Assembly: GCA_965240325.2 (NCBI GenBank)
Contig: OZ251230.1
Span: 1,984,001 to 2,048,000, forward strand
Length of the DNA: 64,000 bases
Reading direction: 5' to 3'
Source of the DNA: Rebecca billardiae RCC1528
Taxonomy: Eukaryota; Protista; Haptophyta
A program made the translations under genes and the position numbers. The notes below the pieces were generated by a model that ran no database searches, was not told the DNA's origin, and saw nothing but the letters and a program-made list of their open reading frames with translations. This document shows, one piece after another, positions 31,371-42,617 of this stretch (positions within the stretch are counted from its first letter, which is position 1; the number at the start of each line of letters is the position of its first letter).

Positions 31371-33205
31371 TGACCGCGTTCCGCGGTCCTTCCGTAGAAC
31401 CAACGTAGTTAGGGGCCCGCGATGCAACCTCCGTCGGCTGCTGTCGATCAGTCTGACACTCTGACTGACATGGCGGGCCGAGGACTCAGCCGCGGGCCGC
31501 GCGGCGGGAAGCGCGGCCGCCGGGGCGGCGCGCGCGCGCAGGGCGAGAGGCGCCGCGCGGCGCGGGCCGGCGCGTGCGGGCGTGCGGGCGCACCTGCTTG
31601 AGGTGTTCGCGCTGCGCCATGCGCTCGACGACGGGCCGCTGGTCGCTCAGCCGGCGCGCTTCGTGCCGGCAGAGCGAGAGCGCGCGCCACTCGGCCAGCG
31701 GGCACTGCTGCCCTGCGGCCCCGGTGCGCTGCGCAGCCGCGCACCGATCGCCAGAGGCGAGACCGAGCGGAGCTCGGAGTGGAACGAGGCGAGCGACGCG
31801 TCGCGCCTGCCGCCGCGCGTGCGCGCCTGCTCCACCGCGCCGCGCCGTGCTCGCCCGCCGCCTCCTCGTCCGCCACGTCGGCCTCGAAGCCACGCAGCGG
31901 CGGCGGCCAGCGCGGCAGGCCGTGACAATCGGCAGCCCGTGGCCGTGCGTGCTCGCCGAGTTGCTGCTGCTGCACCTCCGGCGCGGTCGACGACCGAGTT
32001 GAGGAGGAGCTCGCGCTCGGCGTCGAGGAGCGAGCTCGCGAGCTCGAGCTCGCCCTTCAGCCGCACTACTAGCTCCGGGCGCATCCGGCTCATCTCCGCT
32101 GCGGCGTGCCGTCGCGGCACGCTCCCGTCCTCATTCATTCCTCAAGCGACGAGCTCGCGTAGTGCTCCGGACTCGGCTCGCCCTTCGCTCCTCCTCGAGC
32201 GACGAACGCGCCTGCGGGTAGGTTGTTGGGCGCGCGCCGACTCGGCGTGACTCGGCCACGCGGCCCGGCGAGACGACAGACCGGTGGGCGCGCTGGGGCG
32301 CTCGGTGAGAGCGGAGTGCGAGGGCCGGGTGGGCGCGCTCGGTGAGAGCGGAGTGCGAGGGCCGGACGAGACGGAGTAGACGCGGGGCCTGCGAGGCGAC
32401 AGGCGCGCTCGGGGAGAGCAGAGTGCGAGGGCGAGAGGCAGCGGCCGGCCGGCCCCCGCCACCACCTCGCGCACCGCGGCGTACTGCGGCGGCACGCGCA
32501 CGCACGCGGTCCGCCCGGTCCGAGTCAAGGGCTCCAGTTCCACGCGTCGCGGTCGCGCCGGCACGTCACCGGCGCGAGTCGTCAAGGGCCTTGCCCCATA
32601 TAGTGCAATTTCGTCTGCGTGCTGTATATTCGTATCACGAATACCCTACTATAGGGGTACGGAGTGATCATCTTTTCATCTGCAGTGCGCCCTCTACTGT
32701 AGCTAGTGGCTTCCGCGGGAACCATGTCCATTTACGACCATGCACGTTCAACCGTATCGTCGGAAGATTGAACGGGAACCCCCTTGGTAGAATACCCTGC
32801 TACTGTAGGACCCCCGTGCACATGCACTTTAAAAAAACACGTCCGGCCCTGGGTCCGGTTGGTCCCGGGCTGGCGACCAAGTTTTGTTCCGTATGAATAT
32901 TTACAACAAATCGCAGCTAGATATTCGTTCACTACCCAGATATACTGACAAAGGCACGCCCAGGCTCACGTCCGTCCATCGACATATGCGGAATGGCGTG
33001 GGCGCGCTTATTTCGTCAACCGCGTAGTTGCTAATGCAGAGCACTATGGGCCAACGTACCCCTCGAAAAAGCGAAAACTCACCCTCCAACACCCCTCAGA
33101 ATCGTCCCCCGTCCCCTTTTCTTTGATCAAAAGATCTTTTTGACAACGTAGTGAGGCCCCCCGGCGGGGCTCCACGCTACGCGCTCCGCCCTACACCGCG
33201 GGCCA
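31371..33205. mobile_element. 1.8-kb insertion in the array spacer carrying a degenerate intron-containing gene fragment (- strand, ~31480-32590)
   Basis: Absent from the other spacers at the AAATA^TAAGCGCGCG site. Ends TG...CA flanked by TA; subterminal CAACGTAGT direct repeats and a 3' hairpin. Confidence 0.55.
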
Positions 33206-33924
33206 TAAGCGCGCGCATCATCATCATCATCATCATCTCGGTTGTAGCCTCATGCTGTCTGCTGACCGAGCTGCCCCTGCGAATGCTGATGCGTTGAAAG
33301 TATATAGCGCGCGTCACTCTGATAAATCTTCAGCGCTCATTCACTATACGACTCATTAGCAGCGGCGGCGGCGATTGCGCTGATGATGCCGCAGCAGCAT
33401 CATGCTGCGAATATAAGCTAATCACGACAGTCGCGCTGCTGTATGCGACTGCTACTACTTATGCTGACGAGTCGTGCTTATTATCAGTGCGCGTGCGGCC
33501 AACCGCCCCGTGGCGGCCCACCGACGGCGGTCAGGGATAGTCTGGGCGCGCCAGCACTGAGGGCATCACTGCCCACCCATATCCGCCGAGCCCCGCCCCT
33601 CCGCGGGCGCTGGAAGCGCCGAGTGCCCGCCGCCCTCGCGGTGCCCGCGCTCGAGACGCCCGAGGGTCCCGCGTTGGCCCGTTGCCGCCCTCCTCGTCTG
33701 GCCGTCTGCTGGCATCTCCACCAGCTTCTCAAGCTCGCCCAGGTCGTAGCCTCTGACAGTCGCCGAGCGGTCTGCTGCGCGGCAGGCGCGGCCGCCTTGG
33801 GATCGAAGCCTGCGCGCGCCCAGCGCCCCCCGCCGCCCCGCCCCGCGCGCGCCGCTGCGCCGCTCGGCTCCGCCGGCTGCCAACGAACGGGACGGGACGG
33901 ATGGCCGCTGCGCCGGGCTGGCAG

Positions 33925-34152
33925 ATCACCATCTACGCGGCCGTGACCGGCTCCGTCTTCCACGTCATCCTGGCGGACGTGCTGTACAACGCGGCGCACT
34001 TGCTGCTGCTGCTGTACAAGGTGAGCTTCGTCGAGATGAGGAAGATCGCGGCGCTCGCGCGGGAGGAGCGGGCGGCGCTGGCGGCGCACGCGCCCGCCGA
34101 CGCGCCGACGACGGTGCCGCGGGCGTCGCACGATGAGCGCTGTAGTTATTAG
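33925..34152 (+). pseudogene. Orphan duplicate of the MATE-like terminal exon
   Basis: Near-identical to 20095-20322. Confidence 0.8.
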
Positions 34153-34585
34153 CAGCAGCAGCAGAGATACTCTGCAATGACGCGCGCGGGTCATCTTAAA
34201 TAAGCCTGCGCGGGCAGGCTTACTGCCTCCGCGGGGCGCTGCCTGCCCGAGCGCCGCCGCCACCTGACTTTTGCGGTAGGCCGCGGCGCCGCCGAGCCCG
34301 ACGGTACGACCAGGCCCAGGGCGGGGCCCGCCGCCACGCACTCGCGAGCCGCTCCCTCGGCGTCATCGCTCAGCAGCGCGCCCGCTTCTTCGAGCGCAGC
34401 GCGCACGTGCGGCGCGAGCCGCGGCAGCAGGCGCACCTGCACGCGTGCAGCGCGTTCGGCTTGGCGACGGTCGGACCGATTGGCCGCCATCGTGCCGATG
34501 ACGACCGGTGGGTTCGAGCCCGCGTGGCGCAGGCACGTGAGGCTGGTGTGTCTCACACGCGGCGTCACGGCGCACGTGCACAAGG

Positions 34586-37500
34586 ATGCTCGGGCTGTTA
34601 GGGCGGTTGGTGAGCACCAATGCGGCCGCATGCCCGCGTAGCGCGTATGGGCTGCGAGTGCGCATGCCGCTTTCGCCCGCACTCGCCTGTGCTGCGCAAC
34701 GGGCGACGATGCATGCGGGCGGCCCATCCCGCCGGCCAGACAACAAGATGATCAACCGGCAGCTCACAGATGCACGTGACGCGAAACGCATCCTCGAAGT
34801 GTGCGCCGCGCATGGGCACACGTTCGACAAGGTGAACGAGGCCACCGCCATCTCTCGGCTGGGCCGCCATGCGCGCACGTTGCGCGGCCACGCGCTGCGT
34901 GCCGACGAGCGCTTCGGCGCCCTCCTCGCGCGCGTGGAGCGGCGGCTTGAGGGCAAGGCAGTCGACGGCTCGACGTATAGTGCCCGCGAAGTGGCTAATG
35001 TAGCGCACGGCCTGGCCAAGCTGCGGCCAACCAAGTTTGGTGCCGAGCGCGCATTCGGCGCGATCGCGCGGGAGGCTGTGGCGCGCACGAGCGAGTTCAA
35101 TGCGCAGAACCTGGCCAACACGGCGTGGGCGTACGCCACCGCTGGCGTGGACGCACCCGCGCTGTATGGCGCGATCGCGCGGGAGGCTGTGGCGCGCGCG
35201 AGCGAGTTCAATGCGCAGGAGCTGGCCAACACGGCGTGGGCGTACGCCACCGCTGGCGTGGACGCACCCGCGCTGTATGGCGCGATCGCGCGGGAGGCTG
35301 TGGCGCGCGCGAGCGAGTTCAAGGCGCAGAACCTGGCCAACACGGCGTGGGCGTACGCCACCGCTGGCGTGGACGCACCCGCGCTGTATGGCGCGATCGC
35401 GCGGGAGGCTGTGGCGCGCGCGAGCGAGTTCAATGCGCAGGAGCTGGCCAACACGGCGTGGGCGTACGCCACCGCTGGCGTGGACGCACCCTTGCTGTAT
35501 GGCGCGATCGCGCGGGAGGCTGTGGCGCGCGCGAGCGAGTTCAAGGCGCAGAACCTGGCCAACACGGCGTGGGCGTACGCCACCGCTGGCGTGGACGCAC
35601 CCACGCTGTATGGCGTGATCGCGCGGGAGGCTGCGGCGCGCGCGAGCGAGTTCAATGCGCAGAACCTGGCCAACACGGCGTGGGCGTACGCCACAGCGGG
35701 CGTGGACGCACCCGCGCTGTATGGCGCGATCGCGCGGGAGGCCGAGGCGCGCGCAAGCGAGTTCAATGCGCAGGGGCTGGCCAACACGGCGTGGGCGTAC
35801 GCCACAGCGGGCGTGGACGCACCCGCGCTGTATGGCGCGATCGCGCGGGAGGCTGTGGCGCGCGCGAGCGAGTTCAAGGCGCAGAACCTGGCCAACTCGG
35901 CGTGGGCGTACGCCACCGCTGGCGTGGACGCACCCGCGCTGTATGGCGCGATCGCGCGGGAGGCTGTGGCGCGCGCGAGCGAGTTCAATGCGCAGAACCT
36001 GGCCAACACGGCGTGGGCGTACGCCACCGCTGGCGTGGACGCACCCGCGCTGTATGGCGCGATCGCGCGGGAGGCTGTGGCGCGCGCGAGCGAGTTCAAT
36101 GCGCAGGAGCTGGCCAACACGGCGTGGGCGTACGCCACCGCTGGCGTGGACGCACCCGCGCTGTATGGCGCGATCGCGCGGGAGGCTGTGGCGCGCGCGA
36201 GCGAGTTCAAGGCGCAGAACCTGGCCAACACGGCGTGGGCGTACGCCACCGCTGGCGTGGACGCACCCACGCTGTATGGCGTGATCGCGCGGGAGGCTGC
36301 GGCGCGCGCGAGCGAGTTCAATGCGCAGAACCTGGCCAACACGGCGTGGGCGTACGCCACAGCGGGCGTGGACGCACCCGCGCTGTATGGCGCGATCGCG
36401 CGGGAGGCCGAGGCGCGCGCAAGCGAGTTCAATGCGCAGGGGCTGGCCAACACGGCGTGGGCGTACGCCACAGCGGGCGTGGACGCACCCGCGCTGTATG
36501 GCGCGATCGCGCGGGAGGCTGTGGCGCGCGCGAGCGAGTTCAAGGCGCAGAACCTGGCCAACTCGGCGTGGGCGTACGCCACCGCTGGCGTGGACGCACC
36601 CGCGCTGTATGGCGCGATCGCGCGGGAGGCTGTGGCGCGCGCGAGCGAGTTCAATGCGCAGAACCTGGCCAACACGGCGTGGGCGTACGCCACCGCTGGC
36701 GTGGACGCACCCTTGCTGTATGGCGCGATCGCGCGGGAGGCTGTGGCGCGCGCGAGCGAGTTCAATGCGCAGAACCTGGCCAACACGGCGTGGGCGTACG
36801 CCACAGCGGGCGTGGACGCACCCGCGCTGTATGGCGCGATCGCGCGGGAGGCTGTGGCGCGCGCGAGCGAGTTCAATGCGCAGGACATGGCCAACACGGC
36901 GTGGGCGTACGCCACCGCTGGCGTGGACGCACCCGCGCTGTATGGCGCGATCGCGCGGGAGGCTGTGGCGCGCGCGAGCGAGTTCAAGGCGCAGGGGCTG
37001 GCTAACACGGCGTGGGCGTACGCCACCGCTGGCGTGGACGCACCCGCGCTGTATGGCGCGATCGCGCGGGAGGCCGTGGCGCGCGCGAGCGAGTTCAAGG
37101 CGCAGAACCTGGCCAACACGGCGTGGGCGTACGCCACAGCTGGCGTGGACGCACCCGCGCTGTATGGCGCGATCGCGCGGGAGGCCGAGGCGCGCGTGAG
37201 CGAGTTCAATGCGCAGGAGCTGGCCAACACGGCGTGGGCGTACGCCACCGCTGGCGTGGACGCACCCGCGCTGTATGGCGCGATCGCGCGGGAGGCCGAG
37301 GCGCGCGCGAGCGAGTTCAATGCGCAGAACCTGGCCAACACGGCGTGGGCGTACGCCACAGCGGGCGTGGACGCACCCGCGCTGTATGGCGCGATCGCGC
37401 GGGAGGCTGTGGCGCGCTCGGGCGAGTTCAATGCGCAGAACCTGGCCAACACGGCGTGGGCGTATGCGACGGCTGCCCAGCACATGGAGCACCTGCAGCT

Positions 37501-38065
37501 CGTGCTGTCCCTGTGCGAGCGATGCCTTGCTGCGCCTGGGCTGCAGGCGCAACTCAGAGTGGAGGACCATGCCAATGTGGCGCAGGCACTGCTCACGCTG
37601 CACGTCGATCCACGCCTGCCCGTTGGCACAGCACGCACACGTGTGGAGTCCATGCTGGCGCAGTGCCTCGGTAGCCAGCTGCTTCGTGACGCAGCTTCAC
37701 AGGCGGTGCGCCCGTCGTCATCGCAGCGGGCGCTCTCTCGCGCGCTCGCAGAGTGCGGCTGGGCGCACGAGGAGGAGGTGCGCATCGGCGAGGGCGGGCT
37801 GCTCGTCGTGGACATGGCGTGCACCGCGTCCAAGGTGGTTGTGGAGTACGATGGGCCGTCCCACTTTGTGACGGACCCGTGGACGGGCGCGCAGCGGCTC
37901 AACGGGCCCAGCCAGTGGAAGACGCGCGTGCTCGAATCGCTGGGCTGGCGGGTCGTGCGCGTGAGCTACAAGGACTACAGCGGCGGTGCATCTGGCTCAG
38001 CCTCGAAGAATGCACGCTTTGCAGAAGGGCTGGCTCGCGACTTGGTGTCGTTGTTCTCGTCCTGA
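34586..38065 (+). CDS. 37-aa-repeat RAP-domain protein, copy 4 (1159 aa, 21.5 repeats)
   Basis: Repeats at 35090-37474; RAP motif intact. Confidence 0.9.
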   Translation: MLGLLGRLVSTNAAACPRSAYGLRVRMPLSPALACAAQRATMHAGGPSRRPDNKMINRQLTDARDAKRILEVCAAHGHTFDKVNEATAISRLGRHARTLRGHALRADERFGALLARVERRLEGKAVDGSTYSAREVANVAHGLAKLRPTKFGAERAFGAIAREAVARTSEFNAQNLANTAWAYATAGVDAPALYGAIAREAVARASEFNAQELANTAWAYATAGVDAPALYGAIAREAVARASEFKAQNLANTAWAYATAGVDAPALYGAIAREAVARASEFNAQELANTAWAYATAGVDAPLLYGAIAREAVARASEFKAQNLANTAWAYATAGVDAPTLYGVIAREAAARASEFNAQNLANTAWAYATAGVDAPALYGAIAREAEARASEFNAQGLANTAWAYATAGVDAPALYGAIAREAVARASEFKAQNLANSAWAYATAGVDAPALYGAIAREAVARASEFNAQNLANTAWAYATAGVDAPALYGAIAREAVARASEFNAQELANTAWAYATAGVDAPALYGAIAREAVARASEFKAQNLANTAWAYATAGVDAPTLYGVIAREAAARASEFNAQNLANTAWAYATAGVDAPALYGAIAREAEARASEFNAQGLANTAWAYATAGVDAPALYGAIAREAVARASEFKAQNLANSAWAYATAGVDAPALYGAIAREAVARASEFNAQNLANTAWAYATAGVDAPLLYGAIAREAVARASEFNAQNLANTAWAYATAGVDAPALYGAIAREAVARASEFNAQDMANTAWAYATAGVDAPALYGAIAREAVARASEFKAQGLANTAWAYATAGVDAPALYGAIAREAVARASEFKAQNLANTAWAYATAGVDAPALYGAIAREAEARVSEFNAQELANTAWAYATAGVDAPALYGAIAREAEARASEFNAQNLANTAWAYATAGVDAPALYGAIAREAVARSGEFNAQNLANTAWAYATAAQHMEHLQLVLSLCERCLAAPGLQAQLRVEDHANVAQALLTLHVDPRLPVGTARTRVESMLAQCLGSQLLRDAASQAVRPSSSQRALSRALAECGWAHEEEVRIGEGGLLVVDMACTASKVVVEYDGPSHFVTDPWTGAQRLNGPSQWKTRVLESLGWRVVRVSYKDYSGGASGSASKNARFAEGLARDLVSLFSS

Positions 38066-39032
38066 AGCGGGAATACGGCCGCCCCGTCGACCCGTCGCGG
38101 TCACTGGCACTGCGTCGGTGCCTGACCCGGCGCCGCCGCCCTGCCGCCGCCTGCCCGCCTGGGACGACGACCACTGCGGTCCGACGTCGGACTCCGCAAC
38201 GGTCCGCCGAGCGGGGCCCGAGCCGCAGCAGCAGAAGTCCTGCTGAGTGTGACGCTACTGATCCCCGCCCTGGAGCAATTATCTAATAAATATATGCGCG
38301 CGCATCATCATCATCATCATCATCTCGGTTGTAGCCTCATGCTGCTGCTGTCTGCTGACCGAGCTGCCCCTGCGTGCTGATGATGCGCGCTGAAAGGATA
38401 TAGCGCGCGTCACTCAGTCATTAGCAGCGCGCTTATATTCACTATATATACGACTACGACTCATTAGCAGCGGCGGCGGCGATTGCGCTGATGATGCCGC
38501 AGCAGCATCATGCTGCGAATATAAGTCACGACAGTCGCGCTGCTGTATGCGACTGCTACTACTTATGCTGACGAGTCGAGTGCTTATTATATCAGTGCGC
38601 GCGCGGCCAACCGCCCCGTGGCGGCCCACCGACGGCGGTCAGGGATAGTCTGGGCGCGCCAGCACTGAGGGCATCACTACCCACCCATATCCGCCGAGCC
38701 CCGCCCCTCCGCGGGCGCTGGAAGCGCCGAGTACCCGCCGCCCTCGCGGTGCCCGCGCTCGAGCCGCCCGAGGGTCCCGCGTTGGCCCGTTGCCGCCCTC
38801 CTCGTCTGGCCGTCTGCTGGCATCTCCACCAGCTTCTCAAGCTCGCCCAGGTCGTAGCCTCTGACGGTCGCCGAGCGGTCTGCTGCGCGGCAGGCGCGGC
38901 CGCCTTGGGATCGAAGCCTGCGCGCGCCCCGCGCCCCCCGCCGCCCCGCCCCGCGCGCGCCGCCGCGCCGCTCGGCTCCGCCGGCTGCCAACGAACGGCA
39001 CGGGACGGATGGCCGCTGCGTCGGGCTGGCAG

Positions 39033-39260
39033 ATCACCATCTACGCGGCCGTGACTGGCTCCGCCTTCCACGTCATCCTGGCGGACGTGCTGTACAACGC
39101 GGCGCACCTGCTGCTGCTGCTGTACAAGGTGAGCTTCGTCGAGATGAGGAAGATCGCGGCGCTCGCGCGGGAGGAGCGGGCGGCGCAGGCGGCGCACGCG
39201 CCGGCCGACGCGCCGACGACGGTGCCGCGGGCGTCGCACGATGAGCGCTATAGTTATTAG
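39033..39260 (+). pseudogene. Orphan duplicate of the MATE-like terminal exon
   Basis: Near-identical to 20095-20322 with a few substitutions. Confidence 0.8.
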
Positions 39261-39693
39261 CAGCAGCAGCAGAGATATTCTGTAAAGACGCGCGCGGGTC
39301 ATCTTAAATAAGCCTGCGCGGGCAGGCTTACTGCCTCCGCGGGGCGCTGCCTGCCCGAGCGCCGCCGCCACCTGACTTCAGCGGTAGGCCGCGGCGCCGC
39401 CGAGCCCGACGGTACGACCAGGCCCAGGGCGGGGCCCGCCGCCACGCACTCGCGAGCCGCTCCCTCGGCGTCATCGCTCAGCAGCGCGCCCGCTTCTTCG
39501 AGCGCAGCGCGCACGTGCGGTGCGAGCCGCGGCAGCAGGCGCACCTGCACGCGTGCAGCGCGTTCGGCTTGGCGACGGTCGGACCGATTGGCCGCCATCG
39601 TGCCGATGACGACCGGTGGGTTCGAGCCCGCGTGGCGCAGGCACGTGAGGCTGGTGTGTCTCACACGCGGCGTCACGGCGCACGTGCACAAGG

Positions 39694-42285
39694 ATGCTCG
39701 GGCTGTTAGGGCGGTTGGTGAGCACCAATGCGGCCGCATGCCCGCGTAGCGCGTATGGGCTGCGAGTGCGCATGCCGCTTTCGCCCGCACTCGCCTGTGC
39801 TGCGCAACGGGCGACGATGCATGCGGGCGGCCCATCCCGCCGGCCAGACAACAAGATGATCAACCGGCAGCTCACGGATGCACGTGACGCGAAGCGCATC
39901 CTCGAAGTGTGCGCCGCGCATGGGCACACGTTCGACAAGGTGAACGAGGCCACCGCCATCTCTCGGCTGGGCCGCCATGCGCGCACGTTGTGCTTCCACG
40001 CGCTGCGAGCCGACGAGCGCTTCGACGCCCTCCTCGCGCGCGTGGAGCGGCGGCTTGAGGGCAAGGCAGTCGACGGCTCGACGTATAGTGCCCGCGAAGT
40101 GGCTAATGTAGCGCACGGCCTGGCCAAGCTGCGGCCAACCAAGTTTGGTGCCGAGCGCGCATTCGGCGCGATCGCGCGGGCGGCTGTGGCGCGCGCGAGC
40201 GAGTTCAATGCGCAGGCGCTGGCCAACACGGCGTGGGCGTACGCCACCGCTGGCGTGGACGCACCCGCGCTGTATGGCGCGATCGCGCGGGAGGCTGTGG
40301 CGCGCGCGAGCGAGTTCAAGGCGCAGGAGCTGGCCAACACGGCGTGGGCGTACGCCACCGCTGGCGTGGACGCACCCTTGCTGTATGGCGCGATCGCGCG
40401 GGAGGCTGTGGCGCGCGCGAGCGAGTTCAAGGCGCAGAACCTGGCCAACACGGCGTGGGCGTACGCCACCGCTGGCGTGGACGCACCCGCGCTGTATGGC
40501 GCGATCGCGCGGGAGGCTGTGGCGCGCGCGAGCGAGTTCAAGGCGCAGGAGCTGGCCAACACGGCGTGGGCGTACGCCACCGCTGGCGTGGACGCACCCG
40601 CGCTGTATGGCGCGATCGCGCGGGAGGCTGTGGCGCGCGCGAGCGAGTTCAATGCGCAGAACCTGGCCAACACGGCGTGGGCGTACGCCACAGCGGGCGT
40701 GGACGCACCCGCGCTGTATGGCGCGATCGCGCGGGAGGCTGTGGCGCGCGCGAGCGAGTTCAAGGCGCAGAACCTGGCCAACACGGCGTGGGCGTACGCC
40801 ACAGCGGGCGTGGACGCACCCGCGCTGTATGGCGCGATCGCGCGGGAGGCCGAGGCGCGCGTGGGCGAGTTCAAGCCGCAGGAGCTGGCCAACACGGCGT
40901 GGGCGTACGCCACCGCTGGCGTGGACGCACCCGCGCTGTATGGCGCGATCGCGCGGGAGGCCGAGGCGCGCGCGAGCGAGTTCAAGGCGCAGGACATGGC
41001 CAACACGGCGTGGGCGTACGCCACCGCTGGCGTGGACGCACCCGCGCTGTATGGCGCGATCGCGCGGGAGGCTGTGGCGCGCGCGAGCGAGTTCAAGGCG
41101 CAGAACCTGGCCAACACGGCGTGGGCGTACGCCACCGCTGGCGTGGACGCACCCGCGCTGTATGGCGCGATCGCGCGGGAGGCCGAGGCGCGCGCGAGCG
41201 AGTTCAATGCGCAGAACCTGGCCAACACGGCGTGGGCGTACGCCACAGCTGGCGTGGACGCACCCGCGCTGTATGGCGCAATCGCGCGGGAGGCTGTGGA
41301 GCGCGCGAGCGAGTTCAATGCGCAGGGGCTGGCCAACACGGCGTGGGCGTACGCCACCGCTGGCGTGGACGCACCCGCGCTGTATGGCGCGATCGCGCGG
41401 GAGGCCGAGGCGCGCGCGAGCGAGTTCAAGGCGCAGAACCTGGCCAACACGGCGTGGGCGTACGCCACAGCTGGCATGGACGCACCCGCGCTGTATGGCG
41501 CAATCGCGCGGGAGGCTGTGGCGCGCGCGAGCGAGTTCAAGGCGCAGAACCTGGCCAACACGGCGTGGGCGTACGCCACCGCTGGCGTGGACGCACCCGC
41601 GCTGTATGGCGCGATCGCGCGGGAGGCCGAGGCGCGCGCGAGCGAGTTCAATGCGCAGAACCTGGCCAACACGGCGTGGGCGTACGCGACGGCTGCCCAG
41701 CACATGGAGCACCTGCAGCTCGTGCTGTCCCTGTGCGAGCGATGCCTTGCTGCGCCTGGGCTGCAGGCGCAACTCAGAGTGGAGGACCATGCCAATGTGG
41801 CGCAGGCACTGCTCACGCTGCACGTCGATCCACGCCTGCCCGTTGGCACAGCACGCACACGTGTGGAGACGATGCTGGCGCAGTGCCTCGGTAGCCAGCT
41901 GCTTCGTGACGCAGCTTCACAGGCGGTGCGCCCGTCGTCATCGCAGCGGGCGCTCTCTCGTGCGCTCGCAGAGTGCGGCTGGTCGCACGAAGAGGAGGTG
42001 CGCATCGGCGAGGGCGGGCTGCTCGTCGTGGACATGGTGTGCACGGCGTCCAAGGTGGCTGTGGAGTACGATGGGCCGTCCCACTTTGTGACCGACCCGT
42101 GGACGGGCGCGCAGCGACTCAACGGGCCCAGCCAGTGGAAGACGCGCGTGCTCGAATCGCTGGGCTGGCGGGTCGTGCGCGTGAGCTACAAGGACTACAG
42201 CGGCGGTGCATCTGGCTCAGCCTCGAAGAATGCACGCTTTGCAGAAGGGCTGGCTCGCGACTTGGTGTCGTTGTTCTCGTCCTGA
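39694..42285 (+). CDS. 37-aa-repeat RAP-domain protein, copy 5 (863 aa, 13.5 repeats)
   Basis: Repeats at 40198-41694; RAP motif intact. Confidence 0.9.
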   Translation: MLGLLGRLVSTNAAACPRSAYGLRVRMPLSPALACAAQRATMHAGGPSRRPDNKMINRQLTDARDAKRILEVCAAHGHTFDKVNEATAISRLGRHARTLCFHALRADERFDALLARVERRLEGKAVDGSTYSAREVANVAHGLAKLRPTKFGAERAFGAIARAAVARASEFNAQALANTAWAYATAGVDAPALYGAIAREAVARASEFKAQELANTAWAYATAGVDAPLLYGAIAREAVARASEFKAQNLANTAWAYATAGVDAPALYGAIAREAVARASEFKAQELANTAWAYATAGVDAPALYGAIAREAVARASEFNAQNLANTAWAYATAGVDAPALYGAIAREAVARASEFKAQNLANTAWAYATAGVDAPALYGAIAREAEARVGEFKPQELANTAWAYATAGVDAPALYGAIAREAEARASEFKAQDMANTAWAYATAGVDAPALYGAIAREAVARASEFKAQNLANTAWAYATAGVDAPALYGAIAREAEARASEFNAQNLANTAWAYATAGVDAPALYGAIAREAVERASEFNAQGLANTAWAYATAGVDAPALYGAIAREAEARASEFKAQNLANTAWAYATAGMDAPALYGAIAREAVARASEFKAQNLANTAWAYATAGVDAPALYGAIAREAEARASEFNAQNLANTAWAYATAAQHMEHLQLVLSLCERCLAAPGLQAQLRVEDHANVAQALLTLHVDPRLPVGTARTRVETMLAQCLGSQLLRDAASQAVRPSSSQRALSRALAECGWSHEEEVRIGEGGLLVVDMVCTASKVAVEYDGPSHFVTDPWTGAQRLNGPSQWKTRVLESLGWRVVRVSYKDYSGGASGSASKNARFAEGLARDLVSLFSS

Positions 42286-42514
42286 AGCGGGAATACGGCC
42301 GCCCCGTCGACCCGTCGCGGTCACTGGCACTGCGTCGGTGCCTGTCGCCTGACCCGGCGCCGCCGCCCTGCCGCCGCCTGCCCGCCTGGGACGACGACCA
42401 CTGCGGTCGGACGTCGGACTCCGCAACGGTCCGCCGAGCCGCAGCAGCAGAAGTCCTGCTGAGTGTGACGCTGATCCGCCCTTAATTGCCCTTGGAGCAG
42501 CAAAGTAATAAGCG

Positions 42515-42617
<103 letters not shown>

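Noticed and set aside
21297-41694. CRISPR array or non-coding satellite reading of the 111-bp repeats
   Set aside because: There are no unique spacers; the unit is a multiple of 3 and lies in frame within ORFs that end in a RAP domain.
20805-42122. Long antisense and alternative-frame ORFs over the repeat arrays
   Set aside because: Shadows of a GC-rich repeat whose unit is a multiple of 3; no independent domain evidence.
20793-42285. True TAL effectors or PPR proteins
   Set aside because: The repeat is 37 aa with an FxAQzLANTAWA consensus, not the 33-35-aa LTPxQVVAIAS TALE or 35-aa PPR consensus. The resemblance is architectural only.
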